Origin: a virus
Virus record (IMG/VR): IMGVR_UViG_3300022562_002256
Location: 1 to 64,000 of that record
Direction: 5' to 3' (one strand)
DNA length: 64,000 bases
Shown here: piece by piece, positions 29,478 through 37,933 of the stretch
How the letters are laid out: each line of letters starts with the position of its first letter
Position numbering within the stretch: the first letter of the stretch is position 1
Notes under the pieces: model-generated
Told to the model about the DNA's origin: nothing
Databases searched by the model: none
Seen by the model: only the letters and a program-made list of their open reading frames with translations
Program-made: the position numbers and the translations under genes

Positions 29478-29722
29478 AGCGGTGGCTCCATGCGCCGCAG
29501 GGCCCGCCCCTGCGCCCGTCCGCGCTCGATGGCGCGCACCAACGGCGACCTCGGGCCTGCCCGCTCGGCCATCTCCCGCAGCGTGCGAGGCGGTTTCTTG
29601 CCCCCGAGCGCCCAGCGCCACGCGATCTGCTCGATCTCTATTAGAGCGGCGGCCATCGCCATGCCGTCTGGGCCCTCCGCGCGCCGACACAGGCTTTTCG
29701 TTGTTGATTTAAGCAACCTCAT
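29474..29722 (-). CDS. hypothetical protein
   Basis: Coupled ORF. Confidence 0.45.
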   Translation of the reverse strand: MRLLKSTTKSLCRRAEGPDGMAMAAALIEIEQIAWRWALGGKKPPRTLREMAERAGPRSPLVRAIERGRAQGRALRRMEPPL

Positions 29723-29958
29723 CGCCGAGCCCCGCTGAGAGCGGCGAGGAGAGTCCTCTTCTCGCTCAGGTGAGACAGCGAGATGCCATCAACAATCTCC
29801 CGGGCCCGCTCGAGCCCATCGTTGAAGCCCGCGTCACGCTCTGGTGTTGTCGGTGGCTGCGCGCGACGCATGGTAGCCATGGCGAGGCGGTGGTCGAGAA
29901 ACAGCGCCACGGTTGCGATGACGACGACTCCGGCGATGATGAAAAACGGCGTGCTCAT
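29719..29958 (-). CDS. small membrane protein
   Basis: N-terminal hydrophobic helix FFIIAGVVVIATVALFL. Confidence 0.55.
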   Translation of the reverse strand: MSTPFFIIAGVVVIATVALFLDHRLAMATMRRAQPPTTPERDAGFNDGLERAREIVDGISLSHLSEKRTLLAALSGARR

Positions 29959-29961
29959 GTT

Positions 29962-30195
29962 CTAGTCGGCCCTCGCAAAGGGTGGATTCTCACTCGTGTC
30001 CCAGTAAACCCGACGGTTGCCACAGTCACATCGTCGGCTCACGCCGTCCCACCCGCGGCAGGCCGCGTCGCAGGCGTCGGAGCCAGCAAACGAGTGCCAT
30101 TCGCCGCCGCTCGGGCGCGGCAGGCCACAGTCGTCATACCACGCGTCAACGTCGGCCCGCGTGGCATGTGGTGGTGGGAATGCAACGGCGCTCAT
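29962..30195 (-). CDS. Cys-rich protein, paralogue of C-terminus of 50108-50539
   Basis: CRGWDGVSRRCDCGNRRVYW. Confidence 0.65.
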   Translation of the reverse strand: MSAVAFPPPHATRADVDAWYDDCGLPRPSGGEWHSFAGSDACDAACRGWDGVSRRCDCGNRRVYWDTSENPPFARAD

Positions 30196-30386
30196 TCCTC
30201 GAAGTCCTCGGCACCGCCGGACTCGAACTGGATGGTGTCCTCACCATCATAGAGGACCGGCTCCATATTGCCCACCTCGAGTTCCCACGCCGTGCGGAGT
30301 TCCGCAAGCGCACGCCGGCGCGAACATCCGAGCCGCCGCATGACGGCGCGAATGCACCGCTCGCCAGCCATGACGGTGACACGCAT
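30192..30386 (-). CDS. hypothetical protein
   Basis: Coupled ORF. Confidence 0.45.
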   Translation of the reverse strand: MRVTVMAGERCIRAVMRRLGCSRRRALAELRTAWELEVGNMEPVLYDGEDTIQFESGGAEDFEE

Positions 30387-30406
30387 TTCGGTCGGGCTGA
30401 TTGTGC

Positions 30407-31015
30407 TCACGTGCCGCACACACGTCGAATGGTAACCATCGGTTGCGCTCCCGCCACAGGCGCCTCCAGCTTGCACTTGCGGCACGTCATCGCCGCCCCT
30501 TCGGTCTCGCGGGGGCCTGGCATCCCACACCCCGCGCACGCGCCGATCCAAAACGCACCCCGCCCGCCCACGCATGGGATCGGCTCGACCTCCAACACAG
30601 CGCCGAGCCGGAGGCCATGCTCGCCGGGGACCGCCCACGGGTCACGTGGCGCGGGCCCGTTCGCGACCACGCCCACGAGCTCGGCCAGCGCGACCACATG
30701 GCCGGCGCGAGCGATGGCATCGCGTAGGGTCCACCTTTCGGGACCAGTCCACCGCGCGCCAGTCACGATGAAAGCGTCGCGGTGCGCGGCGATGGCATCC
30801 GAAAGGTCGGCGACCTTGCTTGCCGTCAACGTGAGCCACCCCCGCCAGCCCCGAAGCCGCCCGGCGACGCTCGGGGCTCGGTTCTCGATCCGCTTGCCGG
30901 CCCACAGGATGAGCCACCACCACGGTGGTAGCAGCGTGAGAGCTCGCTGGGGTAGCGGCACCGCCGGCGACTCGCCGCGGGCCAATGCGGCGGTGATGGT
31001 GGCCATGTCGATCAT
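30407..31015 (-). CDS. ASCH domain protein
   Basis: RALTLLPPWWWLILWAGKRIENR...RGWLTLTAS...PIPCVGGRGAFW. Confidence 0.8.
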   Translation of the reverse strand: MIDMATITAALARGESPAVPLPQRALTLLPPWWWLILWAGKRIENRAPSVAGRLRGWRGWLTLTASKVADLSDAIAAHRDAFIVTGARWTGPERWTLRDAIARAGHVVALAELVGVVANGPAPRDPWAVPGEHGLRLGAVLEVEPIPCVGGRGAFWIGACAGCGMPGPRETEGAAMTCRKCKLEAPVAGAQPMVTIRRVCGT

Positions 31016-32055
31016 CGGGGCCTCCCTGGCATTTCGTCCCACGTGCGGCCGTCTAGCAGCCGCCCGGCAGCCTTCTTGCCGACGTCATAGAGAACGACCT
31101 CATCATCACTTTCCCGCGGAAGCACCCCTAGCCGCCATACCCCGCTGCGGCTGAGGCTTCCCCATCGCCCCGGGGGACAGGGTAGCGCCGTCTGGTCCCG
31201 GGGCACGTAGCGACCCCATTGTTTGAACAGAAAGGGCACCCCCGCGGCCTGACACTGATCCCTGACACCACGAACCCAATCGGGGTGCATCGGCCGCCCG
31301 TGTCGCCCGCTCTCGCCGCCCACGATAACCCAGTCGAGAGGCGCCGCCGCCTGCCCGGTGTGCAGGTGCTCCGAAATGTCGCCTGGGTCCTCGAGCAGCG
31401 GCTCCATGCTCAGATATCGCACCCAGGCCGGGATCGACCGGAGCGCCGCGATTCGGGGGATGCCATGTCGCCTGTCCTCCACAGTGGTTCCTACCCACAC
31501 GTTTGGTAGCGGCCACGGCGTCGCGAGAAGCTCGGGGGTGATCTGGCGGAGCAGCGGGTGTTGGCACCGGCGCTGCGCTTCGACCAGGCACCGCGCCGCC
31601 GGCGACATGCCCCGCCCGGCGTTGGCGTCGGCCGCGCTCTGGGTCAGCCAGTCGAACCACTGCACGAGCCGGTCCGCGCGCTTGGTGAGCACTTGGAAGG
31701 TATGCCACCAGGCCGTAAGCATGATCCCCCACACGGCAGCGATGTACTCGTCGCTCACGCCCTCACCGTAAATGTCGCTCATGGAGCAGACGAAGATCGT
31801 GCGCGCACGAGTCCACCGGAGCGGCTGGTCGAGCACCGCCGGCACCTCGCGGAAGTCGCCAGTCCACACTCGCAACTTGCGACCACCCGCGAACCCGGGG
31901 CGGGTCAATCCGGCGTAGCTCGCCTGCCCCATCGCCTCGAGCCGCGCGGTCATCTCCTCGGCGTAGCAGTTGGCACACCCCGGTGACACCGGTTGGCAGC
32001 CGTGGACGGGGTTCCACGTGGCCTCTGTCCACTCGATCGTGCTGTTGTCACCCAT
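31012..32055 (-). CDS. phage Gp37Gp68 / DUF5131 family protein
   Basis: STIEWTEATWNPVHGCQPVSPGCANCYAE...IFVCSMSD...QVLTKR...LDWVIVGGESG...PFLFKQWG. Confidence 0.95.
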   Translation of the reverse strand: MGDNSTIEWTEATWNPVHGCQPVSPGCANCYAEEMTARLEAMGQASYAGLTRPGFAGGRKLRVWTGDFREVPAVLDQPLRWTRARTIFVCSMSDIYGEGVSDEYIAAVWGIMLTAWWHTFQVLTKRADRLVQWFDWLTQSAADANAGRGMSPAARCLVEAQRRCQHPLLRQITPELLATPWPLPNVWVGTTVEDRRHGIPRIAALRSIPAWVRYLSMEPLLEDPGDISEHLHTGQAAAPLDWVIVGGESGRHGRPMHPDWVRGVRDQCQAAGVPFLFKQWGRYVPRDQTALPCPPGRWGSLSRSGVWRLGVLPRESDDEVVLYDVGKKAAGRLLDGRTWDEMPGRPR

Positions 32056-32509
32056 CGCTGCAGCCGCCCCCTCGCCTTGCTTCATCCACAATCTTGCGCG
32101 CCGCCTCCAGGATTGTGGTAACTCGCATTCCCGGCCAAGCTGTACGAAGAGGACACTCTGGCGGGTTCAGCGACGGGATGTCCCCGAGCTGGATCGACCG
32201 TTCCTTTCCCGTTGTGGTGTCGGTGTACTTGTATGACGCAAAACGGATGAGCGCGAAGTCAACGTGGAGAAAAAACAGGGGCGTGCCAGCGCTGAGGATG
32301 GCGGACGCGTCGCGCTCACGTGCCGCCGACGCCAGGAAGTGCGCAGACACCAGCGCCACGGCGACATCGGCCCGTCGTTCTACGTCGGTGATGATATCTA
32401 CCGGGATGTCGCTGCCTTGCACTACATCAGCGACCGCGCGGCTCACGACCGCCGCCACGTCGCTGTCCTGTTCCGCCCAACACATGAGGACCCTACGCCT
32501 GGTGGTCAA
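32048..32509 (-). CDS. TIR-like domain protein (degenerate)
   Basis: VLMCWAEQD...ADVAVALVSAHFLAS...IPSLNPPECPL; GGAAGGAG SD before TTG. Confidence 0.6.
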   Translation of the reverse strand: MTTRRRVLMCWAEQDSDVAAVVSRAVADVVQGSDIPVDIITDVERRADVAVALVSAHFLASAARERDASAILSAGTPLFFLHVDFALIRFASYKYTDTTTGKERSIQLGDIPSLNPPECPLRTAWPGMRVTTILEAARKIVDEARRGGGCSDG

Positions 32510-32529
32510 GATTTGTGCTCCTTCCGTAG

Positions 32530-32651
32530 TGGACGCGGCGGGATTCGAACCCGCAATAGCCTCTGTTCAGTTACGCGATGGTGAGTCGCGCAGCCGGAGG
32601 CACCGCGGTTTCTAGCCGCAGCGGCTTTGCCCTTCTAGCCATCTCACGCCC
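32530..32651 (-). tRNA. atypical tRNA: anticodon AGA (Ser), Ala-type acceptor (G3-U70, A73), 49-nt variable arm, no encoded CCA
   Basis: GGGCGTG/CGCGTCC acceptor, GGCT/AGCC D-stem, TGCGG-CTAGAAA-CCGCG, GCGGG-TTCGAAT-CCCGC. Confidence 0.8.
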
Positions 32652-32664
32652 GTTTCGCACCTCA

Positions 32665-32680
32665 TGCATCATTCGTGCCA
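32665..32680 (-). promoter_or_regulatory. sigma54-type promoter of the atypical tRNA
   Basis: TGGCACGAATGATGCA; conserved C is 15 nt from tRNA G1. Confidence 0.75.
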
Positions 32681-32874
32681 ACGGACTCAGTGGCATCATC
32701 GGGTGGAGCGCAGTCCAACACAAGGCTCGTTCCTGTCTCGCTCAGGTGCTCGACCACCGCGGTCATTGCCTCGCTGGCAACCACCGCCCACCGATCGTCG
32801 GCGGTGCGGCACGCGAGCTCGATGCACGGCGCCCAGGATGGCGTCACCGATGGGGCCGTAGTAGTTCGTGGCAG

Positions 32875-33462
32875 TCATGGCGCACCAGCCTTGAAGAATT
32901 GGGGGAGCGCGGCTCGGTCAGCGCCGGTCAGCGTGGGTGGTCCCCCGATCGCCTCAGCGATTCGCCGTTCGATCTCGACTCGCTCGGGTGCGTCATGTGG
33001 AACGCCTGCGCTGATTAGCCCACGCTGCAGGTCGAGCAGGACTTGCGCCTCCTCGCCGTAAAGGGGCCTTGCAGATTCCCATGCGTCCGGGCAAACCCCG
33101 GCGTCACGCAGGATGCGCCTGGCACGCACGCGCAGTGCGTCGCACACACACCGCGTCTTTTCTGCGCGTGTCAGCGCGAAGTCGGAGGTGTGGTTGTGGT
33201 CCTCGGCGAGGTCGGGCTGATGGACGAACTCGAGCAGCCGCTTGTCCTCAAGAAGCGACTCAGCGGCGTGGCACATCCCGATGTGCGTCCACGATCGTTC
33301 GCCCAACACCCCCGTCAGGTCGCCCCGGTCGAGTGCTCGTAGTGCCGTCGCTGGCACCGACGCCCCGCTGTCGGCGTCCTGCCACCACAGCGCCCCATCG
33401 ATGCGACGTAGCACCCACCCCGTCGCCCGAAGGTACTGCTCAACGATTGCTCGATGGATCAT
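32875..33462 (-). CDS. hypothetical protein
   Basis: AGGA SD; sigma54 motif 33486-33501. Confidence 0.55.
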   Translation of the reverse strand: MIHRAIVEQYLRATGWVLRRIDGALWWQDADSGASVPATALRALDRGDLTGVLGERSWTHIGMCHAAESLLEDKRLLEFVHQPDLAEDHNHTSDFALTRAEKTRCVCDALRVRARRILRDAGVCPDAWESARPLYGEEAQVLLDLQRGLISAGVPHDAPERVEIERRIAEAIGGPPTLTGADRAALPQFFKAGAP

Positions 33463-34216
33463 GACTTCCTAGCCCGGTTCGCTGCTGCACGTCCTGTGCC
33501 ATACGGTCGCCACGTCGGTCTGCCTCAGCGCGCAGTTCGACCAACAGCGCATCGAGCGCTTCGAAGGCGTCGAACCCGTGGTAGTCGGCGATCGATTCAC
33601 GATCGATTCGCAAGTCATCGGCGTGCGACGAGATCATCGCCCTTACCGCCCGCACTTGCGGGCCGGTTAGGTCAGACCACTTGAAAGGTCGATGGTCTGC
33701 GCGCACCACCACGTACTCGTCGGGGTAGGCGGCGGCAAGCTCACGGTGCTTGCGCTCCTGCCCCTCTGCTGTTTCCGACTGGCTCATCGCCGTCATCCGT
33801 TGGTGTTGTTGGTTCGGGCGGTTTGGGGTCTCAGCCCGGGATTTGGCCATCCCATCGGCGTGGTCCGTAAGGATCGAAATGTAACGCAACGGGACATCTG
33901 CCTGGGTCAGCGATGGCGGGGAGTCCACGGCGTCGCTGTAGCGCGCGCAGGCGTCGATCAGGGAGGCGTAGGCGTCGTGGGCGGTGGGCTCGCGGTCGGT
34001 GGCGCACCACGCGAGCGCGGCGTCGACGACCGGCCGCATTCTCGCGATTTGCTGGTTCAAATACAGCTTGTCGCCCTCAAGCCCAGCGCGCTCCTCGGCT
34101 TGCGCTTCCTTGAGGCGCACGATCTCGGCATGGAGGTTGTCGGCCCGCCCGGTCTCGGCAGCGAGCTGCCCACGGAGCCGCTCGAGTTCTGCGCGCTGAT
34201 CGGCGTCCTGGGTCAT
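33440..34216 (-). CDS. coiled-coil hypothetical protein
   Basis: Long ORF with heptad N-terminus. Confidence 0.55.
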   Translation of the reverse strand: MTQDADQRAELERLRGQLAAETGRADNLHAEIVRLKEAQAEERAGLEGDKLYLNQQIARMRPVVDAALAWCATDREPTAHDAYASLIDACARYSDAVDSPPSLTQADVPLRYISILTDHADGMAKSRAETPNRPNQQHQRMTAMSQSETAEGQERKHRELAAAYPDEYVVVRADHRPFKWSDLTGPQVRAVRAMISSHADDLRIDRESIADYHGFDAFEALDALLVELRAEADRRGDRMAQDVQQRTGLGSHDPSSNR

Positions 34217-34599
34217 GATTCGCCTCCACCCGCCGAGTCGGTGCGCCTCGTCTTGCCGTGTCGCGCAGCATACTTCACAATCGCGGACACCGCTTGACGG
34301 GACACCCCCAGCGCTCGAGCTGCGGCGGAAAACGAGCCATGCTCATCCACGGCGGCGAGGACCTCACCCTGACGCGTCGTCAACCCAGCGGGCGGTCGAC
34401 CACCACGGCGTCGTGGGAGTGCCGGGTCGCGCCGCAACGCTGCCGTGCGGCCACGGCAGCGGCCACAACGAGCGAGGGGCTCGCGCGGGTCGACATCGCC
34501 CCCGCACGTGCCGCACTTACCGGCGGCTCGACGCCGGGCATAGGAGGAGGCTGGCTCACTTGCCATCGGGAGCCTCCTCTTCGCCATCCCCCGTGTCAT
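34213..34599 (-). CDS. zinc finger plus LysR-type HTH protein
   Basis: CGTC..CGRC, then LAAVDEHGSFSAAARALGVSRQAVS. Confidence 0.75.
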   Translation of the reverse strand: MTRGMAKRRLPMASEPASSYARRRAAGKCGTCGGDVDPREPLARCGRCRGRTAALRRDPALPRRRGGRPPAGLTTRQGEVLAAVDEHGSFSAAARALGVSRQAVSAIVKYAARHGKTRRTDSAGGGES

Positions 34600-34966
34600 C
34601 GGCGGTGTCTGTCGCGGGAGTCACCGGCAGGCCAACAACCAGGCTATCGAGTCCACCCAGGGCGTCGGCGAGCACGCTACATGCGAGCGCTGCAGCAGCT
34701 CGGCGCCCGACCAAGCTCGCTTGGTCGGCTTGCACCGAGGCCAGGCGGAGGCGCCGTGCATCGACAATCGCGACGGCCTTGCGAATCGCACCGTTGATCT
34801 TGTCGGCGGTGTTGCCCACCAGCCTCGTCTCGATGCGGCGGAACAGCCCCGCCGTGCCGGGAAGGCCCAAGTCGAGAGCCTCCTCCATGGCGTCGGTTAC
34901 AATCATCTTGGCCAGGGCCAACCGGCCCTGGGCCTCCTTCTGCGCCTGTGTTAATTTCGTCTTCAT
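34556..34966 (-). CDS. hypothetical protein
   Basis: Helical ORF from ATG 34966. Confidence 0.5.
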   Translation of the reverse strand: MKTKLTQAQKEAQGRLALAKMIVTDAMEEALDLGLPGTAGLFRRIETRLVGNTADKINGAIRKAVAIVDARRLRLASVQADQASLVGRRAAAALACSVLADALGGLDSLVVGLPVTPATDTADDTGDGEEEAPDGK

Positions 34967-35117
34967 TCGTTGTCTCGCCTTCATCTTGGCAATATGGGCA
35001 CACGCCAGACCCACCGCAGGTCCCACACTCGTCGTCTCCGTCATCCCCAGACCCACCACAATCGGGGCATGCCCCCGAGTCGTCGCAGTCGGGGCAGTAG
35101 TCGGATGTGCTATCCAT
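34677..35117 (-). CDS. DnaJ-type CxxCxGxG zinc-finger protein (3' end uncertain)
   Basis: CPDCDDSGACPDCGGSG..CGTCGGSGVCPYC. Confidence 0.45.
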   Translation of the reverse strand: MDSTSDYCPDCDDSGACPDCGGSGDDGDDECGTCGGSGVCPYCQDEGETTNEDEINTGAEGGPGPVGPGQDDCNRRHGGGSRLGPSRHGGAVPPHRDEAGGQHRRQDQRCDSQGRRDCRCTAPPPGLGASRPSELGRAPSCCSARM

Positions 35118-35547
35118 CGGCGGTCACTCCCCGCCCGTTCTTGAGAAGCACCAGGCGCGTACCTCCGCCGCGGTCGCCGACATGGATGCCACCGCCCCAG
35201 CCCCCCCAGCGGCGTGGCAGCAAGCGACCGGGTACGCGGCGCAGCACGCCGGGACGGTTCCGGTACGCGCCAGCGAACGGCTCGCGATGCCCTTCCGCTG
35301 GCCAGAGCCTGGCGCGCCACAGCCACCAAGGGTCGACCCTGAAGGGCACCCGCAGCCGGCCCGACGAGTCGATGCGCACCACTCCGAGGCGCGCCGCTGC
35401 GTTTACGACGGCTTCAACGATGCGTCCCACCTGTCGGAGATCGTTCCAAGGGGCCATTGCGTCCTCCGCGTCCCCTGTCAACATAATCACGCACTGGGCG
35501 TTGTCGAGCAGGCGCCCGCTCCCGGTGCGCAAGGTTGCGCCACGCCC

Positions 35548-35766
35548 TCACTCGGATGGGGGGGGCTGCGCTCCGAGAAACTGCGCGACGCCCGTGCCGA
35601 ACCGGATGAACTGTTGAGGGTCGCAGTGGTGTAGAAATGTCGGCGGGGCATCGCCAGAAAACGGAAAGTCGCCGTCGTGCCACACGTAGGCGTCGAAGCA
35701 GTCACCTATCGGGACCACGATGCACTTGCCGCAGTACCCGCCCATCTGTGGGTACCACGTCGCCAT
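35548..35766 (-). CDS. hypothetical protein
   Basis: WYPQMGGYCGKCIV...WHDGDFPF. Confidence 0.6.
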   Translation of the reverse strand: MATWYPQMGGYCGKCIVVPIGDCFDAYVWHDGDFPFSGDAPPTFLHHCDPQQFIRFGTGVAQFLGAQPPPSE

Positions 35767-36163
35767 GCCGATGTCCCCACAGACGGCAGGGTGATTCGCG
35801 CGCCCGATGAACCCTCCTCAGCGGAAGGAGGGCCGATGTTGCGGTTGTCCATGAACCGCCCGCGCAGCAACAATCATGCCAGCGCGTCAGGAGTAGGGCG
35901 ACTTGCCGCTCCCGTTCCCAGACCCCCTCGCCGATTCCAAGTCCCAACCCGTGGCCTGAAGCCTGCCCGTCCCCCACCCCTGTCCCCAAACGGCTCCCAT
36001 GACCAGATGCGTGCCCCACTCCCCACCCGCCCCCGTACCCATCGCCTCGCCCATCACCGATGCCGCGGCCGTCGCTGTGGCCGTCGAATCGCTCTGACAC
36101 CGAGAGAGCGGGGATGCCAGAGCCCGCTCCGGAGCCCGCCCCTTGGCAGATCAAGGGGCCCAT
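35702..36163 (-). CDS. glycine-rich GDGxG repeat protein
   Basis: GIGDGRGDGYGGGWGVGHASGHG. Confidence 0.45.
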   Translation of the reverse strand: MGPLICQGAGSGAGSGIPALSVSERFDGHSDGRGIGDGRGDGYGGGWGVGHASGHGSRLGTGVGDGQASGHGLGLGIGEGVWERERQVALLLTRWHDCCCAGGSWTTATSALLPLRRVHRARESPCRLWGHRHGDVVPTDGRVLRQVHRGPDR

Positions 36164-36289
36164 GACGACGCGGCGCGGAGGTTGGATTCGGCGGCTCGAG
36201 TGCACCGGATGGTCGCGCACGGGTCGTACAGGTCAATCCACGGTACCGGAGCGGTTACCTCGCTGCCTTCGCCGCACGCCGCGTGCGGC

Positions 36290-36577
36290 CTACGCTCGCA
36301 CGTAGCGGTCTCGGATCGCGGCGGGCGGCTCGGTTCGGTTGCGTACACGGTCATGGTCGACGGGGCGGTCGATGTCCTCGGCGAAGATGCGGAGTTCCTC
36401 GGCCTGTTCTCGAGTGGCCAGTGCGTCCCGGCGGGTAAGCCTTGCATACGCCTCCGCGAACCGCCGCACGTCGGCGCGTGGGACACCGCGCGAGCGTGAC
36501 ACTTGTTCGATGTCGTCGTGGCTCATGGGCCCATCCTGCTCAATCCGGTCGGTGATGATTTTTGATGTCGGGATCAT
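36290..36577 (-). CDS. hypothetical protein
   Basis: GGAG SD. Confidence 0.5.
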   Translation of the reverse strand: MIPTSKIITDRIEQDGPMSHDDIEQVSRSRGVPRADVRRFAEAYARLTRRDALATREQAEELRIFAEDIDRPVDHDRVRNRTEPPAAIRDRYVRA

Positions 36578-36601
36578 GGGTGGCTCCGGTGGTGGCCTTG
36601 G

Positions 36602-36937
36602 TCAAGGGGCGATGAAGCACTTGGGCGTGTTGGTGAGGGCGTGGTGGAGGCTCGCAGAGGCGCCCTCGTCGCACACGACGACGTGACCCAGCAGAGCCCC
36701 GTCGACGTCGCGCAGCCACGCCTGTTTGGTGTTGCCGCCGTCACGCCATTCGTCACGGCTGACACCGAGCATCGCGAGGCACTTGAGCAGGTCACCCACG
36801 CCACCAACCGTGACGCTCGATGAGTAGAAGTCGATATGTCCGATCAGTCCGCTTATGTGGCGGGGAAAAATCACACCGACCCCGCACTTTCTCGCTGCGT
36901 CGTCGGCCAGATCCATGACATGCTTGTGTGTCGTCAT
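36602..36937 (-). CDS. hypothetical protein
   Basis: GAGG SD. Confidence 0.5.
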   Translation of the reverse strand: MTTHKHVMDLADDAARKCGVGVIFPRHISGLIGHIDFYSSSVTVGGVGDLLKCLAMLGVSRDEWRDGGNTKQAWLRDVDGALLGHVVVCDEGASASLHHALTNTPKCFIAP

Positions 36938-36943
36938 CGCAAC

Positions 36944-37141
36944 CTACCTCACGGACTCGACGAATGACAGCGCCACACCACCACGCGTCGGCTTGGTGAT
37001 CGTGATCGTTCCGCCCGTCGTGGCACTCGCAAAGTCGGCTGCTTCCCGCCGCGCCTCGTCAATTGAGTGGCCGCCGTCGTACTCGCCGTCCACGTTGCGC
37101 CCGCCAGCCTTGCATCCTGAAAGTTTGATGATGTACGTCAT
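36944..37141 (-). CDS. hypothetical protein
   Basis: sigma54 motif 37155-37170 is 15 nt from ATG. Confidence 0.55.
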   Translation of the reverse strand: MTYIIKLSGCKAGGRNVDGEYDGGHSIDEARREAADFASATTGGTITITKPTRGGVALSFVESVR

Positions 37142-37154
37142 GCCCAAGCCTATC

Positions 37155-37440
37155 TGCACGCACCGTGCCATCGCGGGCGACGTGTGTGCGCGGGGGTCGA
37201 CATGGCGAGTTTCGGCCCAGTTGCCGCTCGACGCGTGGTGCGCTCGACCCCGGCTGGTCAGCCCATCACCACCAAGCGCGTAAGGCCGTGCGCGCTTGGT
37301 GCGTAGCGTCTTGCCAAAACCGCGCACAACTTTACGCGCCTACGTGGATCGACATAGATCCACGTCGGTGCGTTTTCCGGCCGCCGCATGCCATCGGGCG
37401 GCGCCGCCTTGTGTTCGGTCGCCGTGGCACGGTGCGTGCA
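37155..37440. repeat. hybrid A/B intergenic cassette between divergent sigma54 motifs
   Basis: Identical TGGCACGGTGCGTGCA motifs facing outward; ACGTGGATC-N6-GATCCACGT palindrome; GCCAAAACCGCGCAC. Confidence 0.7.
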
Positions 37441-37453
37441 AGTGGCATCTGGC

Positions 37454-37786
37454 ATGCGAACCAAGTCATCTACCCCCAAATCCGTCGCTCCCGCCTTTCC
37501 GTCCGTCGACGCGCTGTGCGCCGTGCTAAAGCGCATGTTTCTCGGAGCAGCCCTCGAACGTGTGGCGGCCCGGCGTGAGCTCGACTCGATCATCGACGCG
37601 GCCACCGTGGGCGAGCGCGCCCTGGTGGAGGCAATCCAAACGGCCTATGCACAGGGCATCATCGATGGCTCGACTGCGCGGGCACCGGAGGAACCTCGCC
37701 CGGGCAGCAAGGTGATTGGGGCCACTGCGCCGACGCCCCCGACTCCGCCCCGCCGTGTCAGCGGTACGACCCGCGTGTTGGCATAG
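37454..37786 (+). CDS. hypothetical protein
   Basis: ATG 15 nt from sigma54 motif. Confidence 0.55.
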   Translation: MRTKSSTPKSVAPAFPSVDALCAVLKRMFLGAALERVAARRELDSIIDAATVGERALVEAIQTAYAQGIIDGSTARAPEEPRPGSKVIGATAPTPPTPPRRVSGTTRVLA

Positions 37787-37933
37787 TACGTGCATGCACA
37801 TGGGGGGTCGTGTCAACTAGTCACCCACGGCAGGAGGATACCATGTAGCGAATAGCACCGACTCGTTACGCACGCCGGGGCGCGCCAGCGTCCGGCTCGT
37901 GCCTTCATCGCCGGGGCGTGCTATCGTCGCCCC

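Noticed and set aside
32605-32625. Reading the atypical tRNA as an amber suppressor (CTA)
   Set aside because: The stem register gives loop CT-AGA-AA with U33; placing CTA at 34-36 breaks the stem and the U-turn
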